Shown one piece after another: positions 38,677 through 51,631 of a stretch of 64,000 bases of DNA. The DNA is from Camelus ferus (lineage: Eukaryota): the NCBI RefSeq assembly GCF_009834535.1, contig NC_045697.1:97404001-97468000 (forward strand), written 5' to 3'. A program made the position numbers and the translations under genes. The notes under the pieces are model-generated. The model saw nothing but the letters and a program-made list of their open reading frames with translations, did no database searches and was not told the origin of the DNA. Each line of letters opens with the position of its first letter. Positions within the stretch are counted from its first letter, which is position 1.

Positions 38677-39053
38677 TGTTAAAAACCAACAATTCAGCCA
38701 AGTAAATTGTAAAGATCTAATTGGTTTTATTATTGAACAATCGTGAATTGGAGGGTATCCCATCTAGCAAGGGGAGAGGTGCTCTGAGGAGATGTACAAA
38801 ACGGAAGGCTTTTACAGGCAGAAAAGGGAAAAGAGTGGATTATTTCAGGTTAGGTAACCTATCTGTGGGGGATGGAAGGACCCCACTTAGCAGTTTTCCT
38901 CACTGGTGCTGACCAGAAAATTCCAGACAGACCAGTTAACACTACAGTCCCCTGGGATGTTGTCACTGCAGTTAGGTTAGGTATTAAGTCTTGGTTTACT
39001 GACATGGGGCTTAGTACAAGTGACTCCATTTTGGACCCCATTTTTTTTTAACG
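38677..39053 (-). mobile_element. ERV 3' LTR
   Basis: tgttaaaaacc...ttaacg; shares blocks with 41113-41486 (ccatctagcaag, ttaggtaacctA, tggtgctgaccaga, ttaggttaggtattaagtcttggtttactgacatggg). Confidence 0.92.
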
Positions 39054-39070
39054 AATTCCCCATTTTGATC
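39054..39070 (-). other. Polypurine tract of ERV
   Basis: Minus strand reads gatcaaaatggggaatt immediately before the 3' LTR. Confidence 0.75.
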
Positions 39071-39307
39071 GGACTCTCAGCTTAACTGAGAGATGTGATC
39101 AAAATTTAAGGCATTAGTGCGACTCTTAGCTACCACTCCAGTTTTTGCAGCTTTGTTGACCCTCTGGTGTGGTATCCACAGGTCATGATGTTTTTGCTTA
39201 ATTCCTGTGATATTCACAGGTTCACAATCTTTAAATTAGTCACCCTTTTCATTCCTTTTCTGATATTCCAGGCTTGGAGAGATTGTTTGCTTAATAGGCA
39301 GTGGCTA

Positions 39308-39450
39308 CCAACACACATTTAAAACTTTTGAGAGAATATAATGTACCAGAGAGATTATTATGATTATAATGAGCAGAATAATTCCCATGGTCCCTAAGAC
39401 CCACACCAATCAAAATCAGCTAACTCAAAGAAAGTCATAGGTTGGTCTTC
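39308..39450 (-). pseudogene. env: ERV env transmembrane-region remnant
   Basis: Minus strand translates FFELADFDWCGS*GPW, then after a frameshift GIILLIIIIIISLVHYILSKVLNVCW (39385-39308), a membrane-span-like segment just upstream of the PPT. Confidence 0.65.
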
Positions 39451-40069
39451 CATCCAATGACATTATCTTCAATTTGTTTTGGGTAGAAGGCTTAAAATTT
39501 TTTTCTATCAGGCTCTAAATATCAGCTTTCAATAGCTGACCAATTCTTAGAACTACCTAATAAAAACCCTTTTAAATATCTTGTCAACTTTTTAGCCGGA
39601 CAAACAGTAAATATATTTGAAAATATTGAATGATTCCTTGGACTCAAAAGGTATCCCCCAAAAGGATGCAAAAGATATTTTATTTTTCTGTCTCTGTTGG
39701 ATACTACTGACAGAGATCTGGGAGAGCTGACTCTGTTATGAATTTTAATTTTATTTTATTTTCCCCTTGACTATTAAATAGAATAACATAAGAGTTTACC
39801 AGAAAAAAAATCCCTCAGAGTCTCATCAACTTTGGAAGAGGCGGGGTCCCCCATATGGAGTCCTCCTTCGAGGGAAGTTATGGAAGTGTCTGTAAGGCCA
39901 CTCACTTGGCGACTTTTGTTTCTAGTCCTGTAGTCTTTTTAGAGTGGAAAAACAATTCAGGAAGAGAATGACTAGAATGAGTGTCCAAGTAAAGGAAGGA
40001 GCGGAACCGCAGGAGTTATGTTAGTCTTAACAGTCTTTTGTTTTAGGTACCTCTTATATCTCTAATTTT

Positions 40070-40260
40070 TTTCATTAGCCTTTTACAACAAATCTTTCAA
40101 TGAAGCTATTTTGGAATTTTGAAGTCTTTTGGAGGCTTCTGCATATCAGTTAAAATACGTATCCCATTCTGTTTGTTTGATTCAGAAGACCTTGCTTTTA
40201 AGTGCACTTTTAAAGTAATCTTATCTAATTGGAATTCCTTCTAATGGCCCTTGTAACTCC
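40070..40260 (-). pseudogene. gag: ERV gag (matrix-like) remnant
   Basis: Minus strand translates ELQGPLEG.../SALKSKVF*IKQTEWDTYFN*YAEASKRLQNSKIASLKDLL*KANEK, resembling the N-terminus of class I ERV Gag; several stops. Confidence 0.5.
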
Positions 40261-40632
40261 CCTGAGGGCTGGTAGCAGTTTGGTAGGACCCTAGCTGTAA
40301 ATGAAATTTAACCCACTTTTTTTGAATCTGTCATAGTTTTGAGTCTGGTCATATTTTGAGACCCTCAACCTGACAGTAACCAGACCAAGTTCTTAGGACA
40401 CAGTAAGATTTTTGCCATTTTTGTAGATACCTACAGCTTCTGGAATTATAGTTCTTAGATATAAAATAAGTAGATGTGCTGGAAGGTGGCACATCTTGTC
40501 TCTAGAAATTAAATATCTCAATTCTTTTAGTTAACCTTTATCTACACAAAGCAAGACAAACAAGCATGTGCACCTAAATGTGTCTGCAGTAACCAATTTC
40601 TGCAGCCTGGCCAAGAAAAAGGCCCTGCGTGC

Positions 40633-40957
40633 ACCACCAACTCCCAGTGTGGAACCTGGAACTGGAGGAAAGGATTGAGACCTCAGATGGGATCTACAGA
40701 CTGTTTCCAAACAAATGGGGAACTGCAGCTGCCACCAGCAGTTTCCATCGTGGAATCAGGGGAAGGATTCCAAACAAATGGAGAGCTACAGACTACACCA
40801 CCAGCAGTTCCCAATGTGGAATCTTGGGACAGAACCAAGAGCTGGGGTTTCCAATCAAATGGGAAACTGTGGTTCAAACTACCAGCAGCTCCCAATGTGG
40901 AAATAGTGATTCCAGACAAATGGGGAACTGACTGGAAGACCAATTAGATGGGGAGCT
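40633..40957. repeat. Degenerate array of two alternating, mutually complementary ~21-nt motifs in the ERV leader
   Basis: Motif A (accagcagttcccaatgtggaa) at 40633, 40734, 40800, 40881; motif B (ttccaaacaaatggggaactg) at 40705, 40768, 40849, 40910, partial 40940. Confidence 0.88.
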
Positions 40958-41090
40958 CAATGCAAAGACAGCAGAGCTCAGAACCAAGAGGGAACTCACC
41001 CACATCTCTCAGAAATGGCAAAAATGGGGTTTGCGGGTATCATGCCTGTGTTTCTCATTGTCCCTGAATGCTGTTAGAACTTCTCTTTAG

Positions 41091-41108
41091 ATCCCATTGC
41101 TGCCACCA
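41091..41108 (-). other. Primer-binding site complementary to the tRNA-Leu 3' end
   Basis: Minus strand TGGTGGCAGCAATGGGAT, 4 nt from the 5' LTR end; 16/18 match to recalled PBS-Leu TGGTGGCAGCGGTGGGAT. Confidence 0.85.
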
Positions 41109-41112
41109 AAAC

Positions 41113-41486
41113 TGCTAAAAAAACAAAAATTCAATTGAGTGAAATTTAAAGCTCTAATCGGCTTTATTGAATAATTCATGAATCAGGCAGCAGCCATCTA
41201 GCAAGTAGAGAGGCGCTCCAAGGAGCTGTATGAAGTGAAAGGCTTTTATAGGCAGAAGGGGAGAAAGAGTTGACTGTTTCAAACTTAGGTAACCTACCTA
41301 TGGGGGATGGAAGGAGCTATGTGGCAGACCATCTCCTTGGTGCTGACCAGACAATTCCAGATTGACTGGGTAAGACTACATTCCCTTGGGACGTGGTAAC
41401 TGCAATTAGGTTAGGTATTAAGTCTTGGTTTACTGACATGGGCTTAGCACAAGTGACCTCATTTTGGGCCTGGAGTTTCTTTAACA
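41113..41486 (-). mobile_element. ERV 5' LTR
   Basis: tgctaaaa...ttaaca; homologous to 38677-39053; minus-strand AATAAA and TATAAAA visible as tttatt (~41163) and ttttata (~41244). Confidence 0.92.
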
Positions 41487-41869
41487 CATCCCTACTACAG
41501 ACTGCAGTTTGTAGCCCTTCTGACATAGGGCCATATTGCCTTCTACTGCATTGTATACATTTAATAACAGTTTATGCACACCCTTATTATTTATAAGAGT
41601 GAGTTATGAGCATGATAATCTCTAATCCTTCTCATATTTCTAAAGTTCTGGTGTTCATAATCTGATCCATGATAAATTAAGTACGAAAGAAGGATATTCA
41701 AGATGATTGTGCTCATATGAATGTAAAAATTGAAATCTAAAGCACTTATATTTTAACCATACTTATAAAATTAGACAACAATTTGATTTTTCTCTATTTT
41801 CTAAGTTTTACTAGATTGTCCCAATGTAGTACAAAGTTTCAGAGACAGAGAAGAGGCTCATGAAAAGAC

Positions 41870-42105
41870 ATTGAAATAATGCACTTAAAATTCAGAGGTA
41901 CTGGTTTCAATCCTGATTCTGCTATTTTCTAGTGCAATGACCTTGTCTATATGTATTAATGTGTCTGTATGTATTAACTCAGGTTTGACAAGAAGAAGTA
42001 ATAATAAACCAGTGGCACAAGATTTGAGTGAGACTTGAGGCAACTGCATAGAATCTGTGAAGGGCAAATAGTAAACTGCACAGCATTGTATCAATATTAG
42101 TGACT
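41870..42105 (+). mobile_element. MIR-like SINE
   Basis: ctggtttcaatcctgattctgctattttctagtgcaatgaccttg...aataataa. Confidence 0.5.
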
Positions 42106-45100
42106 GCTGTTAGCTCTGGTTGTTTCTGAATTGTTAAACAATTGATTTCAAACATGCAGACAAAACTCTGGGATGTTTGAAAACCAGATACTGAAATCTA
42201 CTAATAGTAATAGAAGAAGAGTAGCCAGCAGAAGAAATTCTAATAGTATGCCACGCACCACGCATTATGTGAAAGAGAGTGAATGAGAGCAGGAAAAAGA
42301 AAAAAGAAAAACAAAAGAAGCTCTTCACTGTCAAATAACACTAGTGCCCAAGATGGAAAGCCTGTATAGAGATACTGTACCACCATATTCCTCATTCTAT
42401 ACATTAGTCAATAAATATTTACTGAATGAATTAATAGTTATGGACCAGAAAATTTTTAAAAGGTAAATGTAGGTTATTCTTGGGTAAGTTTAGAAATGCC
42501 AGCCAGGAAATTTTAGTAGAAAAGAGGAATTTAAAAATATCTCCCAATGAAAAGAAGCAAAATGATATATTTCTTTAATTCTAATTATTTTTATTATTTA
42601 TTCTTTATTAGAAATTCCATGTAAGTAACTTAGGGGGAATTGATACTCAAAAAATAGCACATTTTAGTCTATAAAATACCTGTAAAATTAACAATGAGAA
42701 CAGTCTTCAGCAGTCATAAAACTCAACTATAGCAGAGAGTAGAAGATATTTCTGATCTTGCACAGAGTTGGCTTGAGTATGTGAAGAAAGACACAAAACT
42801 AAACTGTGAACTAAAATCACATTTTCCCCCTTTCATTCAGAAAAAAAAAAATCTTTGAGAAAAGATCAAACATAACTTTAAGAAAAAGATAAAAGGCACA
42901 AAAGTGAGTGACACTGATGGGGAATTGCATATAGTTGCCAAACTGGAATTCAAAACCATGCCTACATTTTTAGGAGTTAAAAGAAAAAAACAACAAATGA
43001 AGGTAATTGGTATTTCCTGAGCTTAAGGACTAGCCTTAACAAGACATATGGTTTCAGTTTGGAATCTCCAGTTTCTTATGAAAATGTTACTATTTCTGTA
43101 GGCATCTTCATTTAAGGGAATGAGAAAAATTACTAATTAAACCAGAGTTGTTGAGCTGATTTTTATTTTATCTTATCTTCTGGTTTTCATGTTTTTAACA
43201 TGGTAAACAATAGGATTCTTTAGGGAAAAAAAAGTTCTAGTAAGTAAGGAAAAAATAAAGCATTTAAAAATCATATTGTCTGCAATACATCCCAAATACT
43301 ATGTGTTAAAAAATCATGAATCTCCTTTACTCTAATTCTTTGGAGCTAAGAAGTTTTATTCATTTTTAATTTTACAAGTTTCAATGAATGAGAATGTGAT
43401 ATCCCTTGAATATCAGTTTACCACAAGTTATTTACCTGGCAACTCCAATAAGTAACAAAAATAATTTTCCCAAAGTTATGGCATGATATAATCAAGACAG
43501 CATTTGTTCTATGATGAATTAAATGCTAGTACAGCCTTGACAAGATAAACTTTGGACTTCCATTAGTGAAAGGAAGTCACCTTGTATCTTACAACTCAAT
43601 AACAAGAAAGCATACGTGTAAAACAAAGAACAGATTTTGCATATTCACATGGTTGAGTGGTTTTGCTTGAATTTTTTGGGTAACATTTCCAAAAAACAAC
43701 TCCGTGTTTTTGCCAGTTCATTAACTTATTCTTATTTTTCTATTTGCAAATTACTCAGTAGTCATCCAGTACCAGTAGAAAATAACAAAATTTGAAACTC
43801 TTCCTATAAAAATAATGATTTCCAGCCAACTTATAAACAAGCTTTGTGTTAATATACCTTCCCTTTTGTTGTGGTTCTGTCTCATTAAGACATCTTTAGT
43901 TGGTCATAAATAGTCTCTGATTAAAAAGCTCGGCTCTGAACCAATGTGGTTATTTGGGTCTGGTCTACACAAACAACATTTGCTGTGGCTACATGGATTT
44001 TTATTTACCTCTGCAGCATTTGTTCCTCTGATCCTGAGAGCCTCAGAAAAAGAAAGGAATGTTCAGGGATTTTACGGTAGAATGACATTTGCTTTCTAAG
44101 GTTGGCAGCCACCATTAAGTCCAGGTTTGTTTCCTCTGGGCTGTTTCTTTCTAATTAGCTTGTCTTTGTGTGATTTCTTTTCTACATATGGCACTCACGG
44201 ATCTTTGAAAACTGAAACGCACACACATAAAAATGGTTGTGAATTCAACATGCATTCAACTTACCTATCAAGAGTATGGAAATTTACAAAATAACAGCGC
44301 TATTTGGATAAACCCTAAAGCATTTACCAACAGTAATCATCTCCTACTTGGGTTTACTGAGGATTATGCTTTTGTGTTGTGAAAGTTATAAAATTAAAAA
44401 TGGATTTAGAATGGTAAGTCAGCAGAAGCTGCTAGAAGGGATGGTGCCATAGAAGAGAAAAGAGACTTTGCAAGGAAATAGGAATGAAGTGGTTTATAGA
44501 TTTATTCAAGGCGCAGAGAGTTATAGTGAATTAACAATTACATTTAATTAACTAAATAAGAACAATTTATTCAGGAAAGACCCCAAAATTATAGGCATTT
44601 TTTTTCCTAGGAAGGAAGTATGAGGCTACGGTGGGGAGACTTATAAAGAAATAAATGTTTTATTCCGAGGGCCAAGAGAATTATTGAATGATTTCACAGA
44701 AGGCAGCTCTCATCTAAAAATAAAGGGAAATACCAAGTGCCTGACGAGAAGAGAATGGCCCACTACCACTTGGAGAAATAGCAAATTGATCAATTTGATA
44801 GACACATAATTGGAACAGTATTATTATCTTAATAATCTTCACCCTCCCTGTGAATCTTTACCTGTACTCTCATGAAGCCTTCATGCATTCTCCTTCCTGA
44901 CCCCACAGAATGTTAAAGTCCAATATAAACATCTATTGAGACTCTTACCATATTGTTTTGATTGTTGGTTTTACTTTTTCATCTCTTTCAGGAGACTAGC
45001 ATAGAACCTTATGTGTAGTTGGTTCTCTAAAATATTTCTTAAATTAGAAGATTCAAGTTCATTTCCACTGTTTGCTGTAGTGCATCTCCCTGTTTGTGTG

Positions 45101-45164
45101 TTTTACGCCATACATTCCTCCTCTTATAGAAAATCCATTTGAGAATAAAAATTTAAGTCCAATT

Positions 45165-46313
45165 ATGATCAGGAGAATGAGAAAACAAACCACAGTCTGG
45201 GAGAAAATATTTGCAAAAGACACATCCAATCAAGAACTGTTATCTAAAATATACAAAGAACTAGGCAATAAGAAAACAAAAAACCTAATTAAAAGATGGA
45301 GCAAAGACTTTAAAAGACACCTCAGCAAAGAAAATATATAGATGGCAAATCAGCATATGAAAACATGCTCCATATATATGTCATCAGGGAAATGCAAATT
45401 AAAACAACACTGAGATACTACTACTTACCTATTAGAATGGTCAAAACTTGGAACACTGGCGATAGAAAATGCTGGTGAAGATGTGGAGCAAAAAGGACTC
45501 ACATTCGTTTCTGATGGGACTCTAAAATAGTCCAGCCACTCTGGAAGATACTTTGGTGATTTCTTAGAAAACTAAACATACTCTTATCATATGATCCAGC
45601 AATCTCACTCCTTGCTTTTTACCCAAGAGAGATCATAACTTATAACCACACAAGCCTGTACATGATGTTAATAGCAACTTTGTTCATAATTCCAAAACTT
45701 GGAAGCAACCAAGATGTGCTTCTGTGTAGGTGAATGGAAAAATAAACTGTGATAGATACAGACAATGGAATATTATTCAACGTTAAAAAGAAATGAGCTA
45801 TGAAATCATAAAAAGACAAAAAGAAAAGTTAAATGCATATTACTACTAAGTGAAAAAGGCCAATATGAAAATGCTACTTATGCTTTATGCTCCAATTATA
45901 TGACATTCTAGAAAAGGCAAAACTATGAAGATGTGAAAAAAGAAAAAAAAAAACCGTGGTTGTAAGGAGTTGGGTGGGAGAGGGTTGAATAGGTAGAGCA
46001 CAGAGAATTTTTAGGACAGTGAAAATCCTCTGTATGATACCATAATGATGGCTGCAAGTCATTATACATGTGTTCAAATCCATAGAATATACAACACCAA
46101 GAATGAATAGTAATGTAAGCTATGGACTTTGGGTGATTATGTGTCAGTGTAGGTTCATCAGTTGTACAAAGGAACCACTCCGGAGGGGGATAGTGATGAT
46201 AGGGAAGATTGTGCACGTGTGGGGAAAGGAGCTACATGGGAAATCTATGTACTTTCCCCTCAGTTTTGTGGTGAACTTAAAATTGCTCTAAAAATAGTCT
46301 TAATAAAAAAAAA
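45165..46313 (+). mobile_element. L1MC1-like LINE 3' region (ORF2 end + 3'UTR + A tail)
   Basis: [34 protein letters not shown]2 C-terminal remnant; 3'UTR agagcacagagaatttttaggacagtgaaa...catagaatatacaacaccaaga...ctatggactttgggtgat...aattgctctaaaaat. Confidence 0.9.
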
Positions 46314-49157
46314 TGGAAAATGCTATTATGATTCATACAAATAAATGAAAGAAATGGGAGAAGTAAAGAACATGACTTCTAGTCTAGACTCTTAGTTCGC
46401 CTCTCTTAAGATGAAGCAGTAGAATCCTAATAGCTGTGAAAATTAAGAAGCTCATTTTTTGGACTACGTGAAGGATAAGGCTAGAATTTTACAACAGGAA
46501 CTAGGAGAATGGCCAGGCTGAAGGCAGTATTGTCCAAAAACTTTGAATCAATTCTTGCCACTAATGGTTCACAGTTGAGAGAGTTTGATGAATAGAGACA
46601 AAGTAGATGAGACTTAACTGAGCTGTCTGTATGGCTGAATGTCCTTGACACACATCTTTGGGACCTGGGACCTGATGGATGTGTTTTGCTACCATATAAT
46701 CAAAGGAACTAGTATATGTGGACCTCTGCCACTCAACATAGCTTTCAGGTTAATTTAATTGGATTGATAAATTTTATTCAATAGTAAATAAGGCCTACTT
46801 ATATGTGTACAACCAATAAAAATGTTCATGGCTGTTTACTAAGATATAAGTAGTATGAGCTAAATGCAAGTAATTACAGATCTGCAAATAAGGAAAAAAT
46901 GTATGTACACTGTAGTTGCACTGACATCATGATTCTGATAATTGGTTACGTAGGAGCACAGTGGGAATTTTGGCGAGGCACATGCTCACAGAACAACAAA
47001 GGATCTTTTTATATTATATATTACTCTGTTTCTGTCTTGAGTGTTGTTGTTGCTGCCCTGGGATGAACTGGGGAGTTGGGTCCAAAAGTTTTGATGAAAC
47101 ATTCTGAAACCAACCTAGTTGGTAATTTGATCAGCAGCACTCATCTTTGCCCTCCTCTTTTGTCTCCTTACTCTACTGTTTTTCATATCCTGCAGGTCCA
47201 AGGATAGCAGTGATCAGTCTGAGTTTTTTTCTTTCTTTAGCCAACATTAGAAGTCAAGATGAGGATGTATACTTTTATTAGATTTGCTAAAATGTTTTAA
47301 TTTATAACACACAAACTCATTTAGAATATATGCAGCTTAACCCTCAATTTGCCAGGAAAAATATTCAAAACTATTTACTCTCTGGGCCTAATGAACACCT
47401 TGAATTTAATTTTTAAAATATTTTAAATCATTTTACAAGTAACCTGTAAAACATTTAAATTAAAAGTTTAATTTATGTAATTTTTATTAAAAATTTAATC
47501 ATAATTTAGTCACAGTAAACTATCAAATTTTAACAGTAGTATCAAGACAGTTACCGTTTTTATGAAGTAAGTTTTGGCATGAAGCTTCATAAAATACGAA
47601 ATGATATAGTCATACATCCTTCTAAAAAATGTGATGTCTAGATTTTTGTCAAAAGTTTTATGTTATGAAGTCCTTCTTCCTGATAATTGGCTAACTGGAT
47701 GAGAAAACCATATTACCTTTTTGTCCTTAGAAGTATATTGTTTCCTCTTCCATGTTGAGTTTGAAAAGTTTTTGTAAGGTTTCATCAATCTGAAGACTTA
47801 CAGTCTGAGATTTTGCTTATATGACCCATATCACCATCCCATAGTAGTCCAGAGTGCTGTTCTCATTCCCTTTGCATTCATCTTCTGATTTGTCTAATGA
47901 TTGTGAAATGTCTTTCTCTGTCAATATCCATCTCTTTGCTCAGATAGGCAGAAAAAAATTCAGAGATTTTACTGTGTTCAATGAAAGCTAAAAGCAGACT
48001 ACAAAAAATAATGACAGGCAGATTTCCTTTATGCCTTCTTGAAAGATGATGCATTACTTTGGACAGACAACACAGTAAGAAAGCTGAAGAATAACAATTT
48101 ATTTCACTTTTGTATTATCCCTCTAAATGTTTCTTATCATTCTTCTTTATTCTTGTTATTTTAAGATTTTTTGGATAGTTGAGAAGAACTGATGTGTAAT
48201 GAAGAGTTAAGATGAAATAATTTCTAGAGTTATGAAATAGCATATTTCAAGATATATGAAAAATAGATCATTAATTTCACATAATAAATCTTTTAATCCT
48301 TTTTTTTAAAAAAATAAAAGTGTCCATGGACTCACATGGTAATTACAAAATAGAATGAGTTTTATTCTTTTAAAAAACTTTATCTTTGAACTTTGGAAAT
48401 CTTTAAGGAAGAACAAGACTCATGAAATATCAACCCTTACAAAATGATTAAAAAAAGAAACTCAAAAGTTAAAATTGCATCTAATGATCCCTGAGTCTAA
48501 TAACATTCAGCAATACTGAAAGTAAAAGGAATGAAGCTAAGAGGCCAAGGATATACACAAGTCAGTAGACAGTGAAATAATCAAAGATTGTGTACTGAAT
48601 GCATCTGCTCAGATGTTCTGAAATTTTGGAGAAAAAGTCACCTTCTACATGAAATAAACTAAGAATATAATAATAACTCGTATATTCCCAAACAAATTGT
48701 GACTTCCATATGTTTTAAAAAGTCAAGTTGCTGAAAAATAAGTAATATTTAACCTTTTGATGTTAAATAAAAAAAACTTATATAAAGAATCTTATTTTAT
48801 TATATATCATTATTTTGGCTTCACATAAATCCAATTCTGAATGACTTTTAAGTTTTACCCATCTTTAATTTATAAGAGTAACCCTCTGTAAAATTATGTT
48901 TGGTGATCGGAGTAATACCAAGAATATCATGTCTAAACTCTTTTCTTACCCAGTAGTTTTTGTAATATTATCAAACAGTTTAATTCTTATAAAAACATTC
49001 TTAAAATTCATGTTTAAGGAGGTATAGTTTGATTGTGCATTACTTTGATTTAGTTTTGTATACTTGTTTTCAGACTGCATATTCTAAAAAAGAATTTGCG
49101 ATATATGCTTTCAGGATATAGATGTTTCATTGGCTGGTAAGTAGAAACATGCCCCCC

Positions 49158-49291
49158 TTTTTTCTTCTGGGTGATTGTGTTTCACTTTTTATTTTATTTT
49201 ATTTTTCCCTTAATAGAGACACTGGGGTTTGAACCCAGGACCTCGTGCAACCAAGCGTGCACTCTACCACTGAGCTATACCCTCTGCCCCC
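49158..49291 (-). mobile_element. tRNA-derived SINE (camelid vic-1-like) with TSD
   Basis: Reverse complement gagggtatagctcagtggtagagtgcacgcttggttgcacgaggtcctgggttcaaaccccagtgtctctatt; flanks tagaaacatgccc (49142-49154) and taaaaacatgccc (49292-49304). Confidence 0.88.
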
Positions 49292-49687
49292 TAAAAACAT
49301 GCCCTTTTCAAGGTGGGACAGTGCCGTCTGGAGAATGACTCTATATCCAGTCAGAGGACCTCATGAGTGTAGTTAGAGCCCATGTCCCAGAGAAAACAGA
49401 TGTTTTGGCAAAGGAGTATTATACAAAGGGGGATGCAATCTCACTGCCACCAGACTCTTCCACATGTTTGGTCACTCCAGTGATTTGGTTTTCTCAGCCC
49501 CTGATAAGCCTGACTTACACATGTGACTATCTCTCCAGAAACGTGTGTATGTCTCTATCACAGAGAGAGTTCGGAAACCGCAGCAGTGGTATGTGCTTCT
49601 GTTGGGACACAAGCCTCAATCCATTCAACCAAGTATAGACAAAGAGAATATGAATGCTTTAGTGCTTCCTTGGCTTCTTCCCTACAG

Positions 49688-49810
49688 TAAAGAATAAGAA
49701 GGAGGAAGAGAGGAGGAAAAAAGAAGAGAAGAGGAAGATGGGGAGGGGGAGGAAAAGGGGAGGCAGCAAAGGGGAAAGGGAGGAAGGAAGAAAACTAAAA
49801 AAAAAAAAAA
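49688..49810. repeat. GA-rich low-complexity tract ending in an A-run
   Basis: Almost purely purine on the + strand. Confidence 0.85.
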
Positions 49811-51631
49811 TTTGAAACAAGTTTTGGAGAACTTAAAAGAGAAAATATAGATGTCATTTTGCACTGTCAGTCAGATATGCAAACTGATATGGTTGCCAGC
49901 ATCTCTCAGAAATCATTGAGGGATCACTTGACAGACTGGGGATAAAGCCAACAGGAGGACTGTGTATTCTGGTTTAGCTCACATGATATATTCATCTTGA
50001 ACAACAGGGGGTAAATTTTCTAAATAGGTCACTGGGGATTCCCACAAATCCCATTAGCTGGTAATAGGATTTGTGTGCATAAATTCTCTTGCCCTGAAAT
50101 TTTAGATTTTGGTGTTTAATTTTCCATATGATCTTCATACCCGTTAGTGTAAATCAGAAGGAGCTTCTCTGGGAAATTTCACATAGGTTTTTTTTTTTTC
50201 CTTTTGTTTATTCTTTTCTAAAAAGACAACTTTTTCCAAAGGTTAATCTCTGCAAAGTTCTTTAGTGCCTGAAAGCATTCGAGGGGGGATTATATAGCAG
50301 AGAAAATCTTGAAATACAGTTATTCATGTTTGTTAGCTTATTAGGAAGAGCTCTAAGGGAAAAAAGTAACCCATTTCTTTTGCTATACTTCTAAACTATT
50401 AGAACAAACAACATTATAGTCATGTATTTTTAAAATACTCTGCTGGTTAATTTTTATATAATCAAGTAAACGTAATTTTTGTTTGCCCACAGTGGGTATC
50501 TAAGATAATCTTACCAATTTTGATTTTGTGGGAGAAAATTCTGTCTTTGGATCCAAATTGAGGATCATTAACTTTTCCAGCTGATGATGGTTAAGAAAAG
50601 CAGTGTCAGCCATCCCCTATGAACTTAGGGGAGGAATACAAGAAAGTCACAATTGGGGAAAAAAAAAAACTTGATAGGCTTCTCTGAGTGTTGGTTTTAA
50701 CTTTTAGGGTTTTTTGAACCCCAAATCAAAGTGAAAACACAAGGGTTTTTTTCTTTGCATACAGACATGTAAAATAAGGGTAAAAAATTTGTGTCCTGAG
50801 TTCTTTCAGCTGAGTTTCACACGGTTCCTTTTGACAAAATAATAAAAGTCTTATTATTTACGATAGATAATTGTACTGCTTAGTAGTAGCAATGACCATG
50901 CAATATAATATCACTAGTTTAAACAAAAATTAGGAGAGCATAATAAGGATACTGTGGGACACATACCTTTGGTTAGAAAAGAATGGAGGCTGCCTATAAC
51001 GACAATAAATTACTCCAGTATGTTTTTCTCATTTATCCCTCTTAATAAACAGAAAAAAAAATAGATATTATCCACATTTCAGCAAAGGAAGACAAAGATG
51101 CTTAGAAAACTTAGTTTCCTAAGCATATACAGTTAGTTGTTGCCTCACTTCAGTAACCTGGTTCTGCCTCATTCCAAAGGCATCTCCCTACTCATCCAGG
51201 AACACAATTGAGTCACTCTTAACCATCTTCATGTGTATCATGTCAAGAGGTGTGGTTGCTAACGCAATGGCACATTTTCAGTCTCTGTTTTGTTTGGATC
51301 ATCTTAAACAATGAATTTAAATTTCAAAGTAGTTTGAATGTAAGGGATTGTGTGAGAAGGGTTGCATAGTCCCATCCATGGAGTTCCCATTCTTTTTCTT
51401 AAGAAGGACCTTGTAGTTTCTCTATTATTATTTCAAAATAAGTTTCTTTTACACTTCTTTTTATGGCTGTAAAGGGGGAATGTACAGATTGAATAGGGAA
51501 GTGATTATGTTGATGCCATGTGGAATAAATAGAAAGACAAACAAAGAAGAGACCAAGTGGGAGAAGGTCTGCAGGGCTTGGTGCTGACCTCACTCCCAAG
51601 GCGCCAGAAGTGATTGACTTGGGAGGGTCAG

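Larger units (their letters stand above)
38677..41486 (-). mobile_element. Internally deleted two-LTR endogenous retrovirus (ERV1/MER4-group-like), 2.8 kb
   Basis: Two homologous LTRs, PBS next to the right LTR, PPT next to the left LTR, gag- and env-like remnants, 4-bp flanks cctc/catc. Confidence 0.9.

Noticed and set aside
40629..40947. Four overlapping ORFs with repeated peptides (e.g. FQTNGEL, PNKWG)
   Set aside because: By-product of the nucleotide repeat array; open on both strands and in several frames, with no recognisable protein.
40633..40957. CRISPR-like repeat-spacer array
   Set aside because: Mammalian DNA, degenerate repeats of two alternating types, irregular spacers, no cas genes, and the array lies inside an ERV leader.
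45096..46344. Cluster of ORFs on both strands
   Set aside because: All overlap the L1MC-like element.
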